A stretch of DNA of 64,000 nucleotides, taken from positions 1,051 to 65,050 of the forward strand of contig CAXTBZ010000005.1 in NCBI GenBank assembly GCA_964242855.1, written 5' to 3'. The first letter of the stretch is position 1. Every line of letters starts with the position of its first letter. This stretch comes from an uncultured Sphingomonadaceae bacterium. GTDB lineage: Bacteria; Pseudomonadota; Alphaproteobacteria; Sphingomonadales; Sphingomonadaceae. The position numbers and the translations under genes are program-made. Under the pieces are notes generated by a model. It did not search any database. It had not been told where the DNA came from and saw nothing but the letters and a program-made list of their open reading frames with translations. This document shows positions 38,252 through 48,614 of the stretch, piece after piece.

Positions 38252-39522
38252 GCCACACGCCCGGTATCGAGCAGCCATCGACGTTTGGCGAGCAACGTAT
38301 CCACGCGGGTGTCCATTGCAACGCACGCCTCGTCGATGGTGAGCATCCCGCGCACGAGACGCTCGGCGATGAGCTGAATTTCTCCGGTGATGCGCGACCA
38401 CTCCATCACCTTGGGCTCCTCACCGGCTCGGGCGAGTTGCGCTCGGAACGGCTGCAGAACGGGGTCATCGGCAAGGGTCGGATCGGCCCAGGCGGTGGGG
38501 CGAGATGGCAGATTGCCTGCGATCCGATGGAAGCGGACCTGCGTGGCCGACGCGCAAAGATAGCGCACCAGCGCCCAAGCCTTGGCCGGGTCACGCGCCG
38601 AACGGGTCACGACGAGGCTCGATCCCGAGACGAGCGCCGCACCGGGCCCATCAGGTCCCGGCATCGGCGCAGTCATCCAGCTGTCCTTCGGGATTACGCT
38701 TTGCCGGCGCAGCAGTTCGGCGCGGATCCACGATCCGGCAGGGTAGATGGCGATCCACCCGCGCGCGAGTTCGAGCACCGGATCGCTGACTTCGCTGCTC
38801 GATGCGAGCGGCGCCAGGCGCTCGTCGAACAAGGACTTGTAGAAGCCGAGTGCAGCGCGGAAGCCCGCCGAGCGGAAATTGCCTCGGCTGTTCTCATCGC
38901 GCAGCAAAGGATCGGGCTGCTGACCGGCAAGCGCCATGAGGTGGTCGGGCCAGTCCAGCTGCATCAGCAGAGGAAAGCCATCCGACTGCCTGCGCCGGGT
39001 CGCGTGCAGCACCTGTTTCCAGCCACTCCACGACGTGAACGCGTTACTATCCGCCAGGTCGACAAGATCGCGGCGGAAATACTGAACATTGGTGTCGACG
39101 ACCCACGGCAAGGCGACGCTCTGAGGGCCAATCCGCGTGGCCTGAGCGATCTCGGGGAATTGGTCGACCATGAGCGAAGCGGCGTCGGGCGGCATTGGCG
39201 CCAGTGCGCCGATCATGGCGAACTCCGCCAGCCACGCATTTGCGAGCATCAGCACATCGGGCAGTGAGCCTCCGGCAAACGCGGTCAGCAGCTTTTCGTG
39301 TGCGGCCGACCATGCGAGCCACTGTAGATCGACATGGATGCCGGTACGCTGCTCGAACGCCGGAACGATGAAGCGGGCGTTCTCGCCCTCGACGTCCATC
39401 GCCCAAAGCGACACACGATCGCTGGTGCGGCCTCTGCCGCATCCTGCCAACAACGCCGCGGCGCCGACGCCCAGCGTACGCCGGGTGATCGGGTGCGCGC
39501 TCCAGTCTGCTGGTCTCTCCAC
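38248..39522 (-). CDS. Sugar ABC transporter substrate-binding lipoprotein
   Basis: TRR...LLAGC Tat/lipobox, AHEKLLTAFAGGSLPD; start uncertain. Confidence 0.88.
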   Translation of the reverse strand: MERPADWSAHPITRRTLGVGAAALLAGCGRGRTSDRVSLWAMDVEGENARFIVPAFEQRTGIHVDLQWLAWSAAHEKLLTAFAGGSLPDVLMLANAWLAEFAMIGALAPMPPDAASLMVDQFPEIAQATRIGPQSVALPWVVDTNVQYFRRDLVDLADSNAFTSWSGWKQVLHATRRRQSDGFPLLMQLDWPDHLMALAGQQPDPLLRDENSRGNFRSAGFRAALGFYKSLFDERLAPLASSSEVSDPVLELARGWIAIYPAGSWIRAELLRRQSVIPKDSWMTAPMPGPDGPGAALVSGSSLVVTRSARDPAKAWALVRYLCASATQVRFHRIAGNLPSRPTAWADPTLADDPVLQPFRAQLARAGEEPKVMEWSRITGEIQLIAERLVRGMLTIDEACVAMDTRVDTLLAKRRWLLDTGRVA

Positions 39523-39696
39523 GCCCGGGTCATAGTCGTGCCAGCGCTGATCGAGCAACGCCCCTGCGGCAAAATAGCCGCGCGCGCAATTTCGCCTTAC
39601 CTCGCCCTGAAATCCCGCTAATACATTGAGAAACAACCACGCTGCAGGCGGTGCAGGGTGGGGCTGCTTGGCTGAAGCCGGAGCGGCAACGGGGGG

Positions 39697-42656
39697 ATGC
39701 TAATGTCACGGCGACGGGCTCTTGGTTTCGCGAGTATAATCCTGCTCTCGGGTACAAGCGCTCTGGCGCAGACTGCGAGCACGCCGGTTACTCCTGAGGC
39801 CACCCAAACACCTGTCGTCGCCACTACGGCTGCTGCGGACAAACAGCCTGCTGAGGCGAAAGCCAATGAGATCGTGGTCACCGGTTCGCGGATTGCGCGA
39901 CCGGCGCTTGCCGCGCCGAGCGCGATCACCTCGTTCAATGCCGCTGACATCCAACAATCGGGCAACACCAACATCACGACCTTCCTGCAGCGCGTGCCGG
40001 CGCTCACTGGCTCGGTCGACGGGACGCAGACCTCGGGTTACGATTCGCTCACTCGCGGCCGCTTCGGGGACGCCGGCCTCAACGAACTCAACCTGCGCAA
40101 TCTCGGAACCAACCGAACCCTCGTGCTGGTTGACGGGCGCCGCCACGTCGCAGGCGAGGCGAACACCGCGGCAGTCGACATCAATACCATACCGACCGAC
40201 CTGATCGAGCGGGTCGATGTGCTGACCGGCGGCGCGTCAGCGGTGTATGGGGCCGACGGCGTGTCCGGCGTCGTGAACTTCATCCTGAAGCGCAACTTCG
40301 AAGGGGTGACCGCGCGCTCGCAGATCGGCATCTCGCAATATGGCGACGGCGGCAATCGCTTTGCTTCGATTGCTGCGGGTCACAACTTCGCTGACGGTCA
40401 CGGCAACGTCACGTTGGCCTACGAATATGATGCCGAGGATGCTCTTCAGAACGATGACCGGTCCTATCTGAGAGAGGCGAACCGGCAGTACATCATCCAC
40501 AACAACGCCAATCCCGACAATGCCAATCCCAACCTTCCGCAGAACATTCTCGTCGGCAACCTCCACTATATCGGCGAGTCCGTCACCGGCGCGGTGGACG
40601 TGGACGGGGATGGCTCCCCCGATTTTGAGGGCAATGGCCGGCCCTACGTCCATGGCACGCCGGACGACACGTACGAGATCGGTGGATCGGGCACGCCGGT
40701 CGCAGGCTTCGTCGGCCAGCTGCTACCCCGCACGCGGCGTAACGATATCAACCTGCTGGCGCACTACGATGTGAGCGACGCGTTCAAGCTGTCTGTCGAA
40801 GGCAAGTTCGTGCGATCGCGTGCGACCACCTTTGACACGCCGAGTGGCGATTATCCCGCGGTCATCTCGCTCGACGATCCCTTCATCCCAGCTTCGATCC
40901 GAGCGGCGGCGACCGGCGACACCGTGACGGTGACGCGGGACAACGAAGATTACGGCATCCACGGAGAGGACGATCTGCGTCGCACCTACCGCGGCGTCAT
41001 CGACGTGGCGGGGCGGATCAGCGATCACGCGACCTACGACGCCTATTACGAATACGGTGAGACAGACACGCGGATCACCAAGCTCAACGACCGTCTGGCG
41101 GATCGCTTCGCAGCCGCCCTCGACGTCGTGACCGACCCGGCGACCGGTCAGCCGATCTGCCGGTCGAACCTGAATCCCGCGGCCGCTGCCGGCGCGATCA
41201 CCTTTACGCCGGGGCCGAACAGTGGCTGCCGGCCGCTCAACATCTTCGGCGCCGGCGTGGGTGATCCTGCCGCGATCGCGTGGACGATGGTGAACCCGGT
41301 GAGCCATTCGACAATCACCCAACAGGTGGCGAGCGGCGCCGTAAGCGGCGACTTCGGAGCGTTCTTCAGCCTGCCCGGCGGGCCGATCCAATTCTCGATC
41401 GGCGGCGAGTATCGTCGCGAGACCAGCCGCTTCGATCCCGATGCGCTGTTCACCGAGGCTGCCTTCTACCAGTATGACGAATATGGCGTCGTCAACGCAT
41501 CGCGCGGCGCGTTCGACGTCAAGGAAGCGTTCGGCGAATTGAACCTGCCGATCCTGAAGAACACGCCTCTTGCCGAGACATTGTCGGTCGGCGCGGCAGC
41601 GCGCTATTCGCATTACTCGACAATCGGGAACACGACGACATGGTCGTTCAACGGCGTGTACGCGCCGGTGAAGGCCGTCACGTTCCGTGGCACCTACGGA
41701 AAATCGGTTCGTGCGCCCAATATCGGCGAGCTGTTCGCCCCGGTGACGGGCTCGCAGTATTTCTTCACCGATCCGTGCGACAAGACCCAGCTGACCTATG
41801 GCACCCAGTATCGCGGAGCGAACTGCCGGGCGTTGCTGACCGGGCTCGGCGCCAATCCGGACACGTTCAATCCGCTGGGCACCGCCGCCGGTGCTTCCAG
41901 CGTGTTCGGCATCCAGTCCGGCAACCCTAACCTCAAGCCCGAGACGGCGCGGACCTGGACAGCGGGCATCGTGCTCAGGCCGGACTTCGTGCGCGGGCTC
42001 ACCGTGTCGGTAGATTGGTACGACATCAAGCTGCGCGACGCGATCAACCTCTCGGACCAGCAGACGCTGGCACAGCTCTGCGTCGACCAGCCAACCATAA
42101 ACAATCAATTCTGTCCGCTGATCAGTCGCCAGCAGGGGACAGGGCTGATCGACGGTTACACCGTCCAGCCGCAGAACGTGTCCCGCTTCAGCACCGCTGG
42201 CGCCGATCTGAACATCGACTACACGGTGCAGACCGCACGCGCCGGCAGTATCAACCTCAGGCTGGTCGGCGGCTATCTGAGCAAGTCCGCGTTTATCCGC
42301 ACACCGGGCGCGCTGCCCGAGAATGATCGCGACCAGCCGTATCAGCCGAAGTGGAACTTCGATTTCTCGCCGACATGGACGGTGGGCGGGCTGACCGCAC
42401 TTACCGCTTCCCGCTCGCCGAGATCGAGGGCAACCCCAATCTCGTGCCGCACAAACTGCTGCGCTACAGCGAATTATGGCAGCATGATCTCCAGGCGCAG
42501 TACACGTTGGAATCCGGCTTCTCCTTCTACGGCGGCGTCAACAATCTGACCAATCAGAAGCCGGATCAGGGCAACACGACCGATCAGCCGATCTCGCCCA
42601 TCGGCCGCTACATCTACGTGGGGGCGAAGGTGGCGCTGGGTAGCCACCACGGCTGA
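39697..42656 (+). pseudogene. TonB-dependent receptor with a frameshift near 42400
   Basis: EIVVTGSRI TonB box and plug motifs; the frame turns to nonsense after WTVGGLT while the C-terminus (FYGGVNNLTNQKP...GRYIYVGAK) continues in another frame to 42656. Confidence 0.8.
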
Positions 42657-42696
42657 TCTATAAACTGCGCCGGCATATCGCCGACCTTAGGAAGTG

Positions 42697-43614
42697 TCAG
42701 GTCCTGAGGAGAGGGCGGGTCTTGGCGAGATCGTTGCGAATGGTGGTAGCGGCGACCGCGGCCTGTCCCATCGCGTGGCTGATCTGATCCAAGCCTTTGG
42801 TCACGTCACCGGCGGCGTACAGACCCTCGATCGTCGTACGCTGATGATCATCCACGGTAAGGCAGCCATCATCGGTGGCGGCGGCACCCAGGCCGACCGC
42901 AAGTTCCGAGCGGATCATCGAGCCTAGGGCCGGGTAGATACTTTCGAACGCAAGCTCCTCATCAGTGGTCGCTACGATGATCCGATCGTGTGAAATGCGC
43001 AGGCGTCCGCATGGGCCGTCGACCAGCTTGACGCCATTACCGATCAAGCTGGAGCGCTCATCCGGCGTCAGCGCAAGTGCCGCGTCGGGCGCAATCAAGG
43101 TCACGTCGGTCGCGTACATCCGCAGGAACAGCGCCTCGTCATGCCCGTGCGTACCGGACCCGATCACGGCTATGCGCTTGTCGGTGACTTCGTAACCGTC
43201 GCAAATCGGGCAGTATCTCAGCAGGCCGCGCTGCACCGCCAGGTCATGCTCTGTGTCGTCCATGTTAGGATGATGGTTGACCACACCCGTGGCCAGCAGG
43301 ACCGTATCAGCGAGGATCACCGTCCCGTTGACGGTTGCTGCAAAGGTTCCATCCTGACGGTCCAGTCGGTCAACAGCGCCAGCCCTGATCTTTACGCCGA
43401 ACTCTTCGGCCTGCTGGCGCATGCGGGCAAGCAAGCCCTCTCCACTGATACCGCCAGGAAAGCCTGCATGGTTGTGCGTGCGTGGGATTGTCGCCGCACG
43501 GCTTGCACCTGCATCGATCACCGCGATGTTGAGGCGAAACCGGGCAAGATAGATGGCCGCCGTGAGACCGGCCGGTCCGGCGCCAACAACGAGGCAATCG
43601 ACGGGTGCTGGCAT
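42697..43614 (-). CDS. Thioredoxin reductase-like NAD(P)/FAD-dependent oxidoreductase
   Basis: GAGPAG, LLATG, YCPICDG (CxxC), GLYAAGD. Confidence 0.9.
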   Translation of the reverse strand: MPAPVDCLVVGAGPAGLTAAIYLARFRLNIAVIDAGASRAATIPRTHNHAGFPGGISGEGLLARMRQQAEEFGVKIRAGAVDRLDRQDGTFAATVNGTVILADTVLLATGVVNHHPNMDDTEHDLAVQRGLLRYCPICDGYEVTDKRIAVIGSGTHGHDEALFLRMYATDVTLIAPDAALALTPDERSSLIGNGVKLVDGPCGRLRISHDRIIVATTDEELAFESIYPALGSMIRSELAVGLGAAATDDGCLTVDDHQRTTIEGLYAAGDVTKGLDQISHAMGQAAVAATTIRNDLAKTRPLLRT

Positions 43615-43761
43615 GCCGTGTCAAATGCCGCCGTCGGCGCTTCGTTCCGGAGGCGCGAATGCAACATGCTTGGCTCGACGGCTCGCGAGCAGCAACCTCA
43701 TATGAGCCAACGCTCTCGCAACGGCGCGCTAGCTATCTCGAGCGAGCACCGCTACGTGTGA

Positions 43762-44538
43762 ATGATGTCCCCCCATGCTCTCCAGCCGCTCGTTGATCGT
43801 CTCCTGCTTCGATCGACCTTGGACGATCAGGAACAGCAAGCGCTGCTCGATCTGCCGGCGCGTGCCATGGAGCTTCCCGGCAATTATGATCTGATCAAAT
43901 CGGGCGAGAACACGGACGTGTCTTACCTGGTTGCGTCCGGAGTGCTGGGGCGTTTTTCCCAAATGGCCGACGGCGTTCGCCAGATCGTGGCGTTGCATAT
44001 CGCAGGCGATATGGCCGATCTTTGCTCCGTTGCCCTGCCAAGGACATCCTGGACCTTTCATTCGCTCACCCCGTCCAGCGTTGTGCGCATCACGCATGCT
44101 GATCTGGCGGCTGTGGCGGACCGCTTTCCGAATATCGCCATGGCGTTCTGGCGCGATTGTGTGGCCGACATGGCGGTCATGTCCGAGTGGATGGTCAGCA
44201 TCGCGCGTCGTCCGGCGGAAGCCAAATTGGCGCATCTTCTTTGCGAGATGCGACATCGCCATGAACAGGCGGGGCTGATTGCCGCTGACGGATCATTCAC
44301 CTTTCCCGTGACGCAGTTGCAAATAGCGGAAGTCCTCGGTCTCACGCCCATCCACGTGAATCGGATGGCGCGGCTCCTCCGGGAGCGCGGCCTGGCTGTC
44401 CTGAGCCGAGCATCGGTGAAGATCGACGATCTGGAGGGATTGATCCGCGTGGCCGAGTTCGATCCCGCCTACCTTCATCTCGACGAACGGCTCAGGCGCC
44501 CGGTGGTGCGGTTCGGATCCAAGCAAGCGGCGCTCTGA
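43762..44538 (+). CDS. Crp/Fnr family transcriptional regulator
   Basis: RQIVALHIAGD cNMP-type domain; TQLQIAEVLGLTPIHVNR HTH. Confidence 0.92.
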   Translation: MMSPHALQPLVDRLLLRSTLDDQEQQALLDLPARAMELPGNYDLIKSGENTDVSYLVASGVLGRFSQMADGVRQIVALHIAGDMADLCSVALPRTSWTFHSLTPSSVVRITHADLAAVADRFPNIAMAFWRDCVADMAVMSEWMVSIARRPAEAKLAHLLCEMRHRHEQAGLIAADGSFTFPVTQLQIAEVLGLTPIHVNRMARLLRERGLAVLSRASVKIDDLEGLIRVAEFDPAYLHLDERLRRPVVRFGSKQAAL

Positions 44539-44601
44539 TCGAACCGCTTCAAGTTTCTAAGGGTTAATGCATAATTAGCCATGCCGTGACAGTGGTTCAC
44601 C

Positions 44602-46356
44602 ATGGCGCGTTCACCCGAAGAGAGATCACCTAGGCAGCGCCGGCTCGGCAATTTGTTGACCGATTTAGGCCACGTGAAGGTCTTGCTGGGTGGCGGTCTG
44701 CTGGCAGGATTAGCGCTGGCCGCCTTCGCGCTCTCGCTCCTGTTCAGGCCGGACATCAACGTCACCGCATTCTTCCTTCATCGCCAGGATCGCTGGTTGC
44801 TGCTGATCGGCGCGGGCCTGCTTGCTGCAACCTCGGTCGTTCGCCGCGAGCGGCACGCGCCGCTTACCGTGGGACCTTGGCTGCCATGGCTCGTTGCGGC
44901 GGCGATGCTGTTGCTGTGTTACGCCGGGCATTACTGGGTCCTGTCCGGCTACGACATGAGCATCGACGAGAAGCTCGCGACGTTCGATGCCGATGTTTTT
45001 GCCGGCGGACACCTCGTGCAGACGCTTCCGGCGTTCTGGCACGATCACGCGCAGCCTTTGAACACCCGCTTCATGTACCCGGTCGATCATCGGAGCGCAT
45101 GGATATCATCCTATCTGCCGCTCAACGCAGCGCTTCGAGCCCTCATTGGAATCATCGCTAGCCCGACGTTGACCGGACCGCTGATGACCGTTGTCGGGGC
45201 ACTAGCGCTTTGGGGCTGCGCGCGCCGCATCTGGCCCGAAGACCGCGAGGCACCGGTGGTGGCCTTGCTGCTCTACGCAGGCTCCGGGCAGATCGTCGTG
45301 ACCGGGATGACGGCGTTCGCGATGCCCGCGCACCTCGCCTGCAATCTGCTGTGGCTGCTCCTCTTTCTGCGGCGGGCCTGGTGGGCGGACATGATGGCGA
45401 TCGTCGTCGGCTTCGTTGCGATCGGTCTGCATCAGCCGCTCATGCACCCGATGTTTGCAGGACCGATCCTGTTGCTACTTCTGGTCGAGAGGAACTGGCC
45501 GCGCGCCGTGTTCTTCGGCGTCGGGTATCTCGCGATCGGCATGTTCTGGCTGTGGTGGCCGAACTGGATCTTCTCATTGCTGCAGGCGGGGCTGACCACG
45601 CCTGCGCCCGCCGGAGTCGATTACCTGACCCGGCTTACGACGACGATGCTCGATCGCGATCCCATGAGCCTCCCGGACATTGCAGCCAATCTGATGCGCT
45701 TCGTGGCATGGCAGAACCTTCTCCTCGTGCCATTGATGCTCCTGGCCTACCAGACCGCGCGCAAGGACCGGCTCGCCGGTGCGCTGACCCTTGGCGTCGC
45801 GGTGACCATCCTGGTGATGGCCGTCATCCTGCCCTATCAAGGCTTCGGCTTCGGCTATCGGTATCTGCACGGGCTGATCGGCAACTGCATCCTGCTTGCG
45901 GTCTACGGTTGGAAGTCACTCGGCGCGCGACGCAGCGAGTGGCGAACGCCGCTGCTGATCGCCTCGACCGCCAGTATCCTCATAATCCTGCCGCTTCAGC
46001 TCTGGATGTCGCACCAGTTCTACGCGCCGGCTGCGCGGGTGGACCGGCAGATCGCGTCGATCACTGCCGATTACGCCATCGTCGGCAAGGATGACGCGCC
46101 GTTCGCCGACGATCTGGTGCACAACTCGCCATCGCTCGACACCCGCCCGGTGCGCTTGATCGCAGAAGAGATGGACCCGAGCCTCATCCGCAGCCTCTGC
46201 CGGATGCGCCCGCATGTCGCGCTGATCGGCGACCGAACATTCGATGGAATGAACAGCTACTACGGTGTTCGATCAGGTGATCCGGCAACCCGACAAAATG
46301 CGATCATCGCGCCGCGTCTGACAGCGGCGGGATGTCGGGTGAGGGTATTTCGCTGA
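44602..46356 (+). CDS. Polytopic membrane protein, probable GT-C-fold glycosyltransferase
   Basis: About 12 hydrophobic helices; acidic SIDE motif after the early helices; GYRYL near the C-terminus; next to GtrA/GT2 genes. Confidence 0.6.
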   Translation: MARSPEERSPRQRRLGNLLTDLGHVKVLLGGGLLAGLALAAFALSLLFRPDINVTAFFLHRQDRWLLLIGAGLLAATSVVRRERHAPLTVGPWLPWLVAAAMLLLCYAGHYWVLSGYDMSIDEKLATFDADVFAGGHLVQTLPAFWHDHAQPLNTRFMYPVDHRSAWISSYLPLNAALRALIGIIASPTLTGPLMTVVGALALWGCARRIWPEDREAPVVALLLYAGSGQIVVTGMTAFAMPAHLACNLLWLLLFLRRAWWADMMAIVVGFVAIGLHQPLMHPMFAGPILLLLLVERNWPRAVFFGVGYLAIGMFWLWWPNWIFSLLQAGLTTPAPAGVDYLTRLTTTMLDRDPMSLPDIAANLMRFVAWQNLLLVPLMLLAYQTARKDRLAGALTLGVAVTILVMAVILPYQGFGFGYRYLHGLIGNCILLAVYGWKSLGARRSEWRTPLLIASTASILIILPLQLWMSHQFYAPAARVDRQIASITADYAIVGKDDAPFADDLVHNSPSLDTRPVRLIAEEMDPSLIRSLCRMRPHVALIGDRTFDGMNSYYGVRSGDPATRQNAIIAPRLTAAGCRVRVFR

Positions 46357-46385
46357 AGATTGGCTGTGGCAATCCGAGGAATGGC

Positions 46386-47498
46386 TCAAGTAGCGAGGTC
46401 TGCAGCAATCTCGGCAAGACTCTGTGCGGCTCTCGGCCAAATATAGGTTTTTGCGGCATAGGCCGCCATGCTTTGCTTCTGTTCGGTAGAGAGTGACGGC
46501 TTGTCGAGAAGGCGAGACATGCTGACTGCGGTCTCTTGTGGACGAGCGAGATCGACGTCGACCCCCTTCAGCCAGCGCCCGGCGGCCGAGTCTGCGCGAG
46601 CGCTTTCTGCGCCGCAGATTACGGGCACGCCACATGCCATCGCTTCCTGAATGACCAAAGGATAGCCTTCGCCGACGCTTGGAAGCAGCAAGATATCGGC
46701 CGCCCGAAAGACATCACCGACGCGCGGGGGATTGAGCGGGCCGAACACCCGGATATTCGGAAGTCCCCATCGTCCAGGCTTCACCGGACCCGATCCGACC
46801 AGGGCGAAGGTGATATCCGGCCGGCGGGTGGCGAGTTCTCTCAGAATAACCAGTCCCTTCTTCTCGACGAAGCGGCCCGCGAACGCTGCAACGAGGCCGG
46901 CTTCGGGCAATCCAAGCGACTTGCGATCACTGGGGCCGGGATGGAAGATCGATCGATCGACTCCGTTGAAAAGCACGCGCGGCGAACGCTTCATCCGTAC
47001 ACTGACGAACGCTTCATGTACGGTTTCGCTGATGAAGATCACCTGGTCTGCTGCGAACAACATCGGGCGCGTGACGAGCCGGTTCGCAGTGCGCATGAGC
47101 GTGCGCATCAAGCGAGAAGCAAAGGCGATCGCAGCGATGTGTTGGAACAGGATTATCGGGCGGCCCTTGGATCGCGCGATCGTCATGGCAGCTATCGAGG
47201 TGCAATACAGCGCGTCGTGGATGATCACGACATCCGACCGATCGATGGCGCGGGCAAGATCGCGCAAAGCTGCGGGCCCAGGGATCGGCATCGGCAAGCC
47301 TGTCAGGCGTTCGGTAGGGTTGTAGCACTCGAGCGGCAGTATTCGGATCGCATCATCGACCGGTAGCGGATCAGCCGCGCTCGCCGCCCACTCACAGTCG
47401 TGCCCAAGCACCGCCAGGTTGCGGCATAAATGACCCGCGACGCGCTCGATGCCGCCGCCATGACTCTCGAAGAAGTGAGTGACAGTCAGGATGCGCAT
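46386..47498 (-). CDS. Glycosyltransferase family 4
   Basis: GGIERV, FNGVD, AGRFVEKKG, PSVGEGYPLVIQEAMACG. Confidence 0.93.
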   Translation of the reverse strand: MRILTVTHFFESHGGGIERVAGHLCRNLAVLGHDCEWAASAADPLPVDDAIRILPLECYNPTERLTGLPMPIPGPAALRDLARAIDRSDVVIIHDALYCTSIAAMTIARSKGRPIILFQHIAAIAFASRLMRTLMRTANRLVTRPMLFAADQVIFISETVHEAFVSVRMKRSPRVLFNGVDRSIFHPGPSDRKSLGLPEAGLVAAFAGRFVEKKGLVILRELATRRPDITFALVGSGPVKPGRWGLPNIRVFGPLNPPRVGDVFRAADILLLPSVGEGYPLVIQEAMACGVPVICGAESARADSAAGRWLKGVDVDLARPQETAVSMSRLLDKPSLSTEQKQSMAAYAAKTYIWPRAAQSLAEIAADLAT

Positions 47499-47547
47499 GG
47501 GAAGCAGCGGTGCAAGATCGAGCGGGATCGAGGCGTGCCGATCGCGG

Positions 47548-47934
47548 TCAACCCGATGCTTTGGCGGGCGCCACGATGGCCCAACGGCTCAGCAGGAAGT
47601 TGATTGCGAGCATCATAACCGATGCGGCCGGTGCAGCCGCGCGCATCGGCAGCCTCAGGCCCGTCTTGAAGAACCACGTCATGGCAAATGCCGCCGCAAC
47701 GGTTAGCGACATCGCGGAGACATAACGCTGGAGACCCGGCCATGATAACGGTTCGCGAAAGGTGATGAGGCTGTGCATCACGTAGCCCAGCAGGGCCACA
47801 ATCACAAAAGAGCTCAGCATTGCCGTTGGAAGTGAATACCCAGCGCTATCAGCCAGAATGAGGACGACGTTGTGCGTGACGAAGCACGTCGCGGCTACCG
47901 CCAGGTAGCAGACGCGATCAAGGTAGCGCGTCAT
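47548..47934 (-). CDS. GtrA family protein
   Basis: 128 aa with four transmembrane helices; HSLITFR and NFLLSRW motifs. Confidence 0.8.
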   Translation of the reverse strand: MTRYLDRVCYLAVAATCFVTHNVVLILADSAGYSLPTAMLSSFVIVALLGYVMHSLITFREPLSWPGLQRYVSAMSLTVAAAFAMTWFFKTGLRLPMRAAAPAASVMMLAINFLLSRWAIVAPAKASG

Positions 47935-48614
47935 GCCGGCCGCGCCCTAATCCAGTAGACGCAGGCATTGTCCATGCGCATGGCAGCGGGCGTGATCGCG
48001 TCTTCCAGGATCGCTCTCGCGTTCATCAACAGCGACATCATGCCGCTTAGAACGGCGCCAAGAAGAGGAAGCTTTCGGAGTATGAACCCGTACCCCGTGA
48101 GGCGCAGGATTGTCGTTGTTGCCAGCGGCCCGACCAATGCGGTCACCTCCTCGACCTTGAACCCACGCGATTCCAGATCTGCCGTAAGCCCTGTTCGAGT
48201 CCAGCGGCGATGATCCTCTGGATGAGGATGATAGAGCCAGGTCCCGTGCGTTGACAGGAAGAGCGTGCCATCGGCCCGAAGCAACCGGTGCATCTCGCCG
48301 CAGTACGCGTCGAGGTCGAGTACATGCTCCAGGACCTGAACCGAGAGGATTGCATCGACGGTGTGAGCGGCACGGTCGACGCGGCCACGTTCATCGATCT
48401 TGAGATCTGCACCCGCGCCGATGTCGGCGCCGATGTAGTTTATGCCTGCGGTCTCGATAAGCTGGCGGTAAGGCATGTCGCCACATCCCAGATCGACCAA
48501 ATTGCTTCCCGGGCGCACTCGCTCGATTGTGTCGTCGCGCACCAATCTGGAAAGGCCTCTCAACAGAAGCCAGTCGGTCTGCCACGGGCGAGGAAGTGCG
48601 CGCTCGGAAGTCAT
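47931..48614 (-). CDS. Class I SAM-dependent methyltransferase
   Basis: VDLGCG, QVLEHV, HPHPEDHRRWT. Confidence 0.88.
   Translation of the reverse strand: MTSERALPRPWQTDWLLLRGLSRLVRDDTIERVRPGSNLVDLGCGDMPYRQLIETAGINYIGADIGAGADLKIDERGRVDRAAHTVDAILSVQVLEHVLDLDAYCGEMHRLLRADGTLFLSTHGTWLYHPHPEDHRRWTRTGLTADLESRGFKVEEVTALVGPLATTTILRLTGYGFILRKLPLLGAVLSGMMSLLMNARAILEDAITPAAMRMDNACVYWIRARPA

Noticed and set aside
42380-42420. Programmed ribosomal frameshift in the receptor gene
   Set aside because: No slippery heptamer or homopolymer run, and coding sequence appears to be missing, which favours a deletion or assembly error
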